Assembly: GCF_001194135.2 (NCBI RefSeq)
Contig: NC_069003.1
Location: 1,599,598 to 1,663,597 of the forward strand
DNA from: Octopus bimaculoides
Taxonomy: Eukaryota
Direction: 5' to 3'
Length of the DNA stretch: 64,000 nucleotides
Positions 53,051 to 64,000 of this stretch are shown here, piece after piece (positions within the stretch are counted from its first letter, which is position 1; every line of letters starts with the position of its first letter). The position numbers were made by a program, and so were the translations under genes. Below the pieces are notes generated by a model. That model saw only the letters and a list, made by a program, of their open reading frames with translations, was not told the origin of the DNA and searched no databases.

Positions 53051-54223
53051 CGAAGGGGAAATAAAGAGTCGTGCCATGTGTAGCTTTAACCATATTCAAT
53101 GTGCAGGTGCAAAACATTAGTGAAGTACGTATTCTTTTGAAGTGAAAAATTGTTTCGTTAAAGGCCTATGATAATTCATGTATATGTAGATGTATGTGTG
53201 TATGTATATATAGAGAGAGAAAGAGAGAGTGACAGAGAAAAGAAAGAGAGAGATGTGTATACATTCTGTCTCTCTCTCACACACATATACACATCTATAT
53301 ATATATGTACATATAGGTATATATATACATAGACACACCTGTAAGCTTATATGAATATATAGATAAATATTCATGTTTATGTGTGTGTATATATATACAT
53401 ATATACGTANNNNNNNNNNNNNNNNNNNNNNNNNNNNNNNNNNNNNNNNNNNNNNNNNNNNNNNNNNNNNNNNNNNNNNNNNNNNNNNNNNNNNNNNNNN
53501 NNNNNNNNNNNNNNNNNNNNNNNNNNNNNNNNNNNNNNNNNNNNNNNNNNNNNNNNNNNNNNNNNNNNNNNNNNNNNNNNNNNNNNNNNNNNNNNNNNNN
53601 NNNNNNNNNNNNNNNNNNNNNNNNNNNNNNNNNNNNNNNNNNNNNNNNNNNNNNNNNNNNNNNNNNNNNNNNNNNNNNNNNNNNNNNNNNNNNNNNNNNN
53701 NNNNNNNNNNNNNNNNNNNNNNNNNNNNNNNNNNNNNNNNNNNNNNNNNNNNNNNNNNNNNNNNNNNNNNNNNNNNNNNNNNNNNNNNNNNNNNNNNNNN
53801 NNNNNNNNNNNNNNNNNNNNNNNNNNNNNNNNNNNNNNNNNNNNNNNNNNNNNNNNNNNNNNNNNNNNNNNNNNNNNNNNNNNNNNNNNNNNNNNNNNNN
53901 NNNNNNNNNNNNNNNNNNNNNNNNNNNNNNNNNNNNNNNNNNNNNNNNNNNNNNNNNNNNNNNNNNNNNNNNNNNNNNNNNNNNNNNNNNNNNNNNNNNN
54001 NNNNNNNNNNNNNNNNNNNNNNNNNNNNNNNNNNNNNNNNNNNNNNNNNNNNNNNNNNNNNNNNNNNNNNNNNNNNNNNNNNNNNNNNNNNNNNNNNNNN
54101 NNNNNNNNNNNNNNNNNNNNNNNNNNNNNNNNNNNNNNNNNNNNNNNNNNNNNNNNNNNNNNNNNNNNNNNNNNNNNNNNNNNNNNNNNNNNNNNNNNNN
54201 NNNNNNNNNNNNNNNNNNNNNNN

Positions 54224-54275
<52 letters not shown>

Positions 54276-54775
54276 GTACATATATTTATACACACACATA
54301 TTTAATATATATATGTATGTATATGTATGTATACATACATACGTGTGTTCCATCTAAATTCATGTACACATATTTATATACTTATATACACATTTACACA
54401 CATATATGTGTGTGTGTGTATATTGAAATAAGTATCTATATATGGGAAGGAAAAGGGGGAAATGATAAGCAAACCTAGAATTAGCCATTGTCGTTTGCTT
54501 TAAAGCGAGAAGTTATGGTTTAATACCGAAAAGCATCATTAATTTATCCCAAACCTGCATGGCGCTTCAAGATGACTTATATATGAAGTTTAAGTAAATG
54601 GAACATGTTAAGTACACTTGGTTCTCGAAGGCTATGATGAATGAGGCCGTGAGGCTGGTGAGGAGGAGAGTGTGTTCAAGGAAATGCGATATGGTAGACA
54701 GAAGTGTTACGTTTTATCTAATCGCTGGATGCATTTATTGCCGGTTCTGTGCATTGAGTGTATTATAAATGAGAT

Positions 54776-54776
<1 letters not shown>

Positions 54777-54852
<76 letters not shown>
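54777..54852. repeat. (GT)n microsatellite
   Basis: Perfect dinucleotide run. Confidence 0.96.
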
Positions 54853-54854
<2 letters not shown>

Positions 54855-55168
54855 GTATTGCATAAATGTAGGTTTATACCTACACATATTAACATACAGG
54901 TATGTAACACAGGTTCGCATATTTATGTATGCATATTAATGTCAATACATAGACACAAACACAAAGATATTTATATATACATACCTACAGCATATATGTA
55001 TATATATGTATATAACGCACATGCACACGTATAAATATATATACACGTGTCTGTGCGTCTGTAGAGAGAGAGAATGATAGTGGGGGAGACATGGACATAT
55101 ACGTAGATATAGATATGCAACAATATATTTATTCTCATCATATAAATACAGGCTCATACCTATATGCA

Positions 55169-55207
<39 letters not shown>

Positions 55208-55426
55208 NNNNNNNNNNNNNNNNNNNNNNNNNNNNNNNNNNNNNNNNNNNNNNNNNNNNNNNNNNNNNNNNNNNNNNNNNNNNNNNNNNNNNNNNNNNNN
55301 NNNNNNNATATATATATACATGTATATACATATACATATATATATACATATATATATTTTCATATATACATATACATATATATATATGTACGTATTCGTA
55401 TATATATATATCTATATCTATCTATC

Positions 55427-55488
<62 letters not shown>

Positions 55489-55893
55489 TGGTTTTTGGTG
55501 TATGTGTTTCAGTGTGGAGAGAATGGTTTTTCAGAAAAGTGGAACATGTGCAACTGTGGTTAATGTATTGCAGTCTATCATAAACCAATTATGCACGCAT
55601 CGCTGTGCACAACTATTACATCTTTGCAGTCGGCACGATAGTTACAGATATTCTTACCCAAGCACACATACACACACATATACACACACAGACACAAACA
55701 CACACACAAACAGACAAACACACAAGTGGATTTAATACACAGAACGTCATATACTTCCATGTTCACCCTACATAATTACATAAATCCGTATTGTATACAT
55801 ATTTGCATGTATGTACAAATAACTGCAGCAACATGTCTATTTCTATGTCCGTATGTGTTTGTAGGTACATGTCGTCATTCACACACAAGTGCA

Positions 55894-55986
<93 letters not shown>

Positions 55987-56211
55987 ACGTATGTATGCTT
56001 GAGTGTGTGTACATATACGTGTGTGCCTATGATTATATATGCTCGTACACACACTTATACATATTTAGAAAAAATATTTTTATCATGTATGTCTACATGA
56101 CTACATATACGTATATAGATTTATGCGCACTATAGACGTTGGTATACTTACATACACCTACAGATATACAGAATTATATATACATACGCAACACATATAT
56201 GCGTAGTGTAT

Positions 56212-56252
<41 letters not shown>

Positions 56253-57278
56253 CATACATACATATGTATACATACATACAAATATGTATGTATTTATTTA
56301 TGTACGTATGTATGTTTGTAAAAGGCACGTGTCTTTCTGTGAGATTGTTCGCACCCAATTATGTGTAGCGCTATCGCTTTCTGATTTCGATTCCATTTTC
56401 AAATTCCGGTTCCTTCATATTGCGAAATCGTTTGAGATTACCTAATGGTATTTTAGTGAATTTCATTGCGGGTACACTAATTTACAGGTCATTTGTATTT
56501 TGTTGTTGTTGTTGGCATTGATTCCTGTCTAAAGCCATTGGTTTTCTCGCGTCCCTTGAACTTTCTCTTTCGACCAAGTGTCCAACGGAATATTGCTTCA
56601 AAGAAAAACTACTGTCTGTTTATTCAAGCAACCGTGTCACGTTTATTCCAGTGTGACAGTATGGCTGTAGTCCAATAACCGAATAGAATGAATGTCTATA
56701 AGCGAACATATATATTTATATATATATATATATATGTAATATATGTTGTTATACTATTATATATATATGTGTGTGTGTGTGTGTGCGTGTATATATATGT
56801 ATAACTATAGGCATTTATTTATTAATATATAAGCATATATTTACATGTGTTTCTAAGGTATTATTCATGTCCCTATTAGTATATTAGCAATAAAGCTGTC
56901 GCCATTTTGCCCATCTGAATATATGAACGTTACAGTTACTATAATAGCGTTTCTTTCGTAAACTTTCGTTTTTCCTTATCGTTTCGTATTTTCTTCTCGT
57001 CATATTTTTGTGGTTATTCAGTTCCATTCAACCATGCATTCACTGTATAGCTGTAGCGTTTTTATTTAATTTTTTTTTGTCTGTTCCAGTGTTCCACTTC
57101 CGTGACCTAGTTGCCGATTCAATTACCAGAAGACTGGAAGCATTTGATATACTGCAGTACCTTACGTCTCCTATCTTCTCCATTACCATTTCATATGTTA
57201 TTTTACATCTTTCCGCCCATACACCATTCCGGTGGGATAACAGAGTTTAACAAATTTTATTAGTAGCTTGTTTCTCAG

Positions 57279-57342
57279 CATTTCTCGTGTTCTCGAGAAC
57301 TTGTAGTGAGTGTGTCAACCCTCGACACGTCACGCTCTGTGA
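57279..57342 (+). CDS. Candidate short exon (phase 1 reading FLVFSRTCSECVNPRHVTLC) with three alternative donors
   Basis: Acceptor agcttgtttctcag|C. Donors CT|gtgagt (57338), GA|gtaagc (57342) and CG|gtgagt (57352). Confidence 0.3.
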
Positions 57343-58009
57343 GTAAGCGTCGGTGAGTGGAGATTAAATAACAAGAACAACAACAATCATAATAGTAATA
57401 GTAATAACAACAACATCAATAACGATAAGAGCAATAATATTGACATATAGCACACAAAATTATAACCAGTCTATCTTCGAAACGCCTAGTTGGAATAGAG
57501 GCAGCTGATGAAGGAATAATTCCAAGTGGCTATCGGTTTTCCTATGTGTTCGTTGCGTTGTCTGTAGTTCATTGTTCTAACGTCCTGTACCCTGATATGC
57601 ATCTATATACACATGTAGATGTAAGTATGTACATATATGTGTGTGTATACATGCATATATATTCTTTGTATTATAATAAAAGCATAAGTACATTTGGCAG
57701 TAGTAAGATTAACCGATGGAATTCCTAGAAGTTGTATTGTCCCTATTAATATTATGCTTAGCACTCATACCTCTGTCACATGAATTGAACCCTATATAAT
57801 GTGGATACAAAAATCTTTGAAAGAACCTTCTAACACCTTTTTTGTATTGATGGCCGGAAACTAGAAGCAAAAAATGAATAATGATCTGGAGGGATTACTA
57901 ACAAGTGTGGAGAGATTTAGTGGCAATACATGAAATTTGTCTTGGTTAAGTGCGACAAAGCAACTTTTAAACATCATTTGCCTATAGCGATGGTTGCGAG
58001 ATACTGTTG

Positions 58010-58090
58010 ACGCCGAGGGTATTTGAACTCAGAGCGTAATGATGCGGAGGAAATAACGGCAACAATTTCGCTAACGATTCTGCCAACTCA
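58010..58090 (-). mobile_element. Degenerate SINE family A head
   Basis: tttgaactcagagcgtaa...gaaataacggc...gctaacgattctgccaactc is the reverse complement of the family A head. Confidence 0.6.
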
Positions 58091-58094
58091 ACAC

Positions 58095-58525
58095 CTGAAG
58101 AAGAATAACTGTAAGAAGAGCAACAAGAACAAGAAGAATAACAAGACAAAGAAGAACAAAAAGGACGAGAAGAAAAGGAAGAGAAAGATGATGAAAAAGA
58201 AGAGGCAAGAGAAGCAGAAGAAGAAGATGAGGAGGGGGTGGTGGAGAAAGAGGAAAAGTGGAAGAAGATGAAGAAAGTGAAGAAGGTGAAGAAAAGGAAG
58301 GTTTGAAAGTAGAAGTAGAGGAGGAAAAGGAGGAGGAAGAGGAGGAGGAAAAGAAGCAGAAGGATAGAAAAAGAAGAAATAGAAGCAGAAGCAGAAGAAG
58401 AAGAAAAAGAAGAAGAAGAAGGAGTAAAGGTGGAAGTAGAGGAGGAAGAAAAGGAGGAAGGAGATGATGAAGGAAGTGAAGAAGAACGGGAGAGGGATGA
58501 GGAGGAGGAAACAAAGAAGAAAAAA
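58095..58525. repeat. Purine-rich (GAA/GAG/AAC)n low-complexity tract
   Basis: Directly visible. Source of the Lys/Arg/Glu- and Phe/Leu-rich ORFs. Confidence 0.9.
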
Positions 58526-59871
58526 AAAGGGGATATATGAGCATAAACATATTGAAGAGATTAATGCAAAATATTGTGCAATCGTTAGATTAGATAAACA
58601 TTTGTGCAGTTTGTACTTTGACATTTGCAATTTGATTCGGCTGCACGTTAGAAGGCTTAAACCAATAATCTTGAAACATGATAGCTTGCACAAACACGAT
58701 ATAAGCATCGATGCAATATTCAATGTTTAACATTCATAACTAATCGTTTAGAAACATTGAAAGGATAAACGCCTTGCAAATCGTTCGAAATGAAAAGGAG
58801 AGCAAATAAAAAAAAAAATTAAAAAAAAAAATTGAAAGAAAATCTTTAAAATATACAAAATGCATATCATTGAAAAATCAACGCCTTTCTGTTATTATTT
58901 TAACATGGGCTTCTATCTGCCTGCCTGCACGTGTGTATGTCTCTGTGTATGTACATAGACAATAAGTGAGTTAGATATGCTCAGTGTAGAGAACAAACAG
59001 TTAGTAATGCTCAGATGAATTTGAATTGAAACCCTGAGTCCTTCATGCGGCACTTGGCCAAAGACGTCCAGTGTAGCTATAAGAGTATTCACAGTATTTG
59101 GATTCCAGTGAGCCGGTAGTACTCATAGAAAAGCTCCTAAACTTATCATCTTACAAAACATATATCTAGGCAGATATATAGTAATTTATTCATTATAAAA
59201 TATGATAAAAGAAGTTATTTGAATGGTTTAGAGTTGCAAAACTAATATGTCATAATTATAGCATTTTTCTAATTGTTAAATAAAACTTGATCAAAATACT
59301 TCTCTCTCATTTATGATTATGGCATTTCAGAATCCAAAATATTCCATTTGGAGAACATATGCATAACTCGAACATTGTAACAATATAAACTCAGCAACGT
59401 ATTATTCTACACACGTTTGTTTGTGTTCAACCGGTTTTACTTGCAGATGACAGGACAAACAATTTCCATTATTCACCTGTTGAAGAAAAGCGGGTTTGCT
59501 ATAAAGAGCAGCCTGGGGAGTTTCAAATAGCATCCTTTATTTTTAATCTGTAGATGGGCGATATGTTCAAATTATGTACATCGAACATGGTGCTAAATAT
59601 TGTACCATGTGTGATTATATATATATATATAATGTTGACCAGTAAAGTGGACAATTTAATGTGCTAGAAATAGACCACATGTTGTGTCTAGTAAGACCTA
59701 GTAGTTCTCAAAAGAAATTCAGCGAAATACCAAACCGTAAGCGAGCAAGACATTGAAAATTACATACCTTAATCCCCTAAGATCTCATATATTTTTCCTG
59801 AATCTCTCGGATTCTTTCAATGTGCTAGCTTCCTGGTAATAAATATTATTTAATATCTGATTTTTACCCTA

Positions 59872-59924
<53 letters not shown>

Positions 59925-60656
59925 TATATATTTGATCCTTTATATTGAACACTCAATATTTCATCTACATTCAATACTTTCTTTCATGGTGCCATCCATT
60001 TTTATTTTATTTTATTTTATATTATATATTGTATATNNNNNNNNNNNNNNNNNNNNNNNNNNNNNNNNNNNNNNNNNNNNNNNNNNNNNNNNNNNNNNNN
60101 NNNNNNNNNNNNNNNNNNNNNNNNNNNNNNNNNNNNNNNNNNNNNNNNNNNNNNNNNNNNNNNNNNNNNNNNNNNNNNNNNNNNNNNNNNNNNNNNNNNN
60201 NNNNNNNNNNNNNNNNNNNNNNNNNNNNNNNNNNNNNNNNNNNNNNNNNNNNNNNNNNNNNNNNNNNNNNNNNNNNNNNNNNNNNNNNNNNNNNNNNNNN
60301 NNNNNNNNNNNNNNNNNNNNNNNNNNNNNNNNNNNNNNNNTATATATATAGATGGATAGAGAGATACGATATACCTTTATAGACTCGGAAAAGCCTAACA
60401 AGCAAACAGGGTGATCCAATTTTCTAGTAAATACCGCTTCAAGGAGATACATTTAGAGAACACTACTTTACGTATGTGTAATGCGCCAGACTTTTTAAAG
60501 TCCTTAATAATGTTGGTTCTCTCCGCACTGCAGAAAATCAATTAACACCCAGAAAATCAATTAACGTCCCCTAACATCACACAGGGCTTCTTGATCCTTG
60601 AGGTTAGGGACGTGACACACCGTATTTCTGGGATTCTGAAGGACGATGGTGGTTAA

Positions 60657-60703
<47 letters not shown>

Positions 60704-60977
60704 NNNNNNNNNNNNNNNNNNNNNNNNNNNNNNNNNNNNNNNNNNNNNNNNNNNNNNNNNNNNNNNNNNNNNNNNNNNNNNNNNNNNNNNNNNNNNNNNN
60801 NNNNNNNNNNNNNNNNNNNNNNNNNNNNNNNNNNNNNNNNNNNNNNNNNNNNNNNNNNNNNNNNNNNNNNNNNNNNNNNNNNNNNNNNNNNNNNNNNNNN
60901 NNNNNNNNNNNNNNNNNNNNNNNNNNNNNNNNNNNNNNNNNNNNNNNNNNNNNNNNNNNNNNNNNNNNNNNNNNNNN

Positions 60978-61038
<61 letters not shown>

Positions 61039-61837
61039 ATACACACTTATATGTATGTATACATATGTGCATATATATGTCTGGGTGTTGGATTACATTT
61101 GTGTCTAAGACAATACAATGATTACCAAATCAAAATAAATCTCGAAGACGACATGATCCATAAATAATATGGACACCGCATTGGCGCAGGTGTAGATTCT
61201 CCACCAAGTTCGCTTCAGTTCTCAATATATTCACAACAGAGTGAAAGAGAAAATACAATTTATTTACAGATATTTTCAATACATATTTCTAGTTTAAACA
61301 AATATGACTACTCCTGAGATTTTATAAGTACTTCAGCGCACCTACTGGCATTGTGCTCATTCTAATTAAATTGAAATGCTCTGCAGATATGTTTTTTTCA
61401 TAATACAAAATATTATAAAAGTTAACGTATGTACTTTTGACCCAAGTTCTACTTTATATTATTCATAGATATATCTCCTTGGAATCGAAATATTAAGAAA
61501 AATAATTAACTTCGAGTTTCTTGACGTTTCAAAATTTTTCTAATGTAAACATCATACAATTCTTAGTAGTTAGTGCAAAGCATCTAAAATAGATCGACAT
61601 TACAATATATATAAAGAGAGAGACACACAGAGATAAACAGATAGTTGTGTACGCAGAAACAAACATAAATACATATATAAGAGATACGATCATATATAGT
61701 AATGTGTGTATAGCAAGCCCAAAAAATGTGACCTAATTATGTTCCCATACATATTTAAAATGAAATAAATGAGTGAAGAAACTTGAACCATAATATTATA
61801 TTTAGAATTAATACATCACTTTAAATTACATTAACAG

Positions 61838-61921
61838 CATCGTTATGTTATCTCGAATCAAGCAGTATTGTGTCGCCCACACTATGAACTTCCGGTCGAT
61901 TACATTCGCCAAACTCAAAAG
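61838..61921 (+). CDS. Candidate 84-nt internal exon (frame 0 HRYVISNQAVLCRPHYELPVDYIRQTQK, or phase 2 IVMLSRIKQYCVAHTMNFRSITFAKLK)
   Basis: Acceptor aattacattaacag|C with an in-frame TAA immediately upstream, and strong donor AAG|gtgaga. Frame 0 resembles the end of a LIM domain (..VLCxxHY). Confidence 0.4.
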
Positions 61922-62095
61922 GTGAGAAATGGCAATTTCAGATCAATTACATTTCTCACTAATTATATTAGACTATTACAAACAAATCGTTAATTACCGC
62001 TTCTTTCTTTAATAATGTTTATCAAATTAGGTTTGTTATTGTTACTGTCTATACATTTATAAAATTTTGATTCTATCGAATTTTATGTATATGTA

Positions 62096-62151
<56 letters not shown>

Positions 62152-62809
62152 GTAGTCTTTCATAGTTTCCTTTTAGAACGAACAGTTTGATTCCATAGCA
62201 ATAGGCAGTTCCTCAAAACAAAATGTTATAACTACATCTAGTGTGCTATGTGGAAATAGTACCACCTATATAAGTACTGGAAGGAGAGAAAATTGTGGAA
62301 CCTCGATATTTATAAAGGGAGACTTCAGGCGAAACACATTAGGAATTCTTGACTTCTGCCCAGATCCGAATCCATTTAAAAAATCTCCGATGAAAACAGA
62401 TGCTATGGGCAAACTCTAGGCCAAATATCCAAGACTAATAATAACAGCTGGAATTGTTGTTGAAATAGAATATTTAGAATAATCAAATTATATGAATATG
62501 GGTTTATATAAAATTGCCAGAACTACGACATGGGCAATGTATGTGTTAAGGCTGAGAATATTTAATTACATTCAGAGAAAGAATTCTGATAATTAGCCGA
62601 TAATGAATCAGAGAATCTAAGGAGGGAATAAGAAAGGAATCGTATACAGGAATGACAATATGAGACAAATGGTAAAATCTGAAATGTATTTGAAACAAAA
62701 ATCATAGAGTATATATATACACTATTTCCAAAATTTTTTAGATCACCTGCAAAAGTTTGTTTCAATGTGGGCAATGGTAATAACAGCTAATTTAATGTTT
62801 TCTTTTCAG

Positions 62810-62864
62810 CATATTTCGCAGATATAACTGCTGTTTTTGCGTGCGTAGTTACTCGAACATCCAG
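62810..62864 (+). CDS. Candidate 55-nt exon (phase 2 IFRRYNCCFCVRSYSNIQ; frame 0 gives HISQI*)
   Basis: Strong acceptor ttaatgttttcttttcag|C and donor CAG|gtaaaa. Confidence 0.35.
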
Positions 62865-64000
62865 GTAAAACAAGTTTTCGTTGCCCTTAAGGAGATATGT
62901 GAAATCATTATCAAAACTGTGCTCATATAAACTTATAAAATCTAAGTATAAACGCCTGAGGAGGCCTGTCAATGCCGAAACCGAACTGCTCGCTTTCTAA
63001 TTCTGAATTTAAAGATGTCTACTTTTACCTGTAATTGTATGTATTTTCCAAATTTTGGATTATCTGATATTATTTACATTACATCTCATGTAAGCTGTGC
63101 TTAGAGTTACAACAAGCTTAGAGGGAGTCTTTGTGCTCTGATAGCAACGATAATCTCACTAAATAGAATCTTTCTTGTTTATTTGATTGTGTGATTGTGC
63201 CTCTGTGCGTTTGCATTAAAGTATACATTTCTCTATGTATATTTATGCGCATATTCATGTATATATGTGTGTGTGTATACGTTTGTGTGTACGTGTGTGT
63301 CTATGAAATTTTATACATGTACACACACTTACACACACGTACACAAGCACACACGCTGACACATTTATATATATATATATATATATATACATACTCATAT
63401 GGGTGTATGTAAGTGGAAACGTAGATATTCATGTTTCTCTAGGTATATGAGGTTAAACTAATACATACTTAACCATCAGCTACAAAATACATACAAGAAA
63501 CAGAATAGACTCATACACATTCACAATCACACGAACCCGCATTAACAAAGACACGGACATACACACTCACATACACGCAGAAAGAGAAAGGTAAGCAGAT
63601 TAATTTGTAATACTCGCCCGATTGAATATTAAATCGGATAGCAACGTAAATAGAACCGAAAGTAAAATCCGACTTTAATAGTTCGATTTATCTTTTAAAT
63701 TCCAATACTTCGAATAGCATGTCGTCTCAAAATACAGAGATGAAACCATATTTAGTAAACTTCGAGAATATTTTTCATAAAGCACATTTATTTTGAACGA
63801 TAACAACACAAACACATATATATGCCTAGCACACACATACAGAAGTATATATGTGCGTATAGATATTTAAACATAGATGCAGACGTCTATACACACACAC
63901 ACATCCACATATATGAATATCGATTATTTTGCGTTAACTTTGAAAAGTTCAAAAGAGACAGAAATAGACGAATACAGGAGTGTTTATCACTCCTCTGGAA

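Noticed and set aside
59436-59570. Two acceptor-led open segments (DRTNNFHYSPVEEKR; GRYVQIMYIEH)
   Set aside because: Acceptors are good but donors are poor (gtttgc, gtgcta). Not distinguishable from chance.
5532-61167. All ORFs over 200 aa in the track (for example 11305-12381, 13893-15134, 53117-54295)
   Set aside because: They are open only because they run through N gaps, (TA)n/(CA)n repeats or low-complexity tracts. There is no protein signal apart from the RT motif at the end of 11305-12381, which is annotated as a LINE fragment.
57279-62864. Insulin/relaxin-like precursor interpretation of the plus-strand exon chain
   Set aside because: C-x11-C fits a B chain, but the putative A chain is CC-x1-C rather than CC-x3-C-x8-C, the conserved Gly is missing, and introns inside the B chain do not fit the family gene structure.
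1-64000. CRISPR array, rRNA, prokaryotic operons or endogenous virus genes
   Set aside because: No regularly spaced repeat-spacer units, no rRNA-like conserved sequence and no gene-dense segment. Dispersed repeats are explained by SINEs, MITEs and LINEs.

Overview
AT-rich, microsatellite-saturated animal genomic DNA with about 5 kb of N gaps, nearly all flanked by (TA)n or other simple repeats. The SINE, MITE and LINE repertoire looks like a coleoid cephalopod, most likely Octopus (my recognition, not a database result). No supplied ORF encodes a credible intact protein: the long ones run through N gaps or simple repeats, and the real coding similarity is decayed transposon sequence. Well supported: four R4/Dong-like (RLE-class) non-LTR retrotransposon fragments, RTE-like LINE fragments, a complete mariner-derived MITE plus a truncated copy, three recurrent SINE families (my labels A, B, C), and a probable Helitron-type non-autonomous end. 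Weakly supported: short GT-AG exon candidates, namely a Cys-rich minus-strand pair at 5196-5357 and 1697-1768 and a plus-strand set between 52.8 and 62.9 kb. I see no rRNA, true tRNA, CRISPR array or convincing new biological system. The best leads are a three-LINE head-to-tail stack in (TAA)n, two rearranged SINEs, a 3-kb pyrimidine-skewed domain around a GC island, and the cryptic exon candidates.
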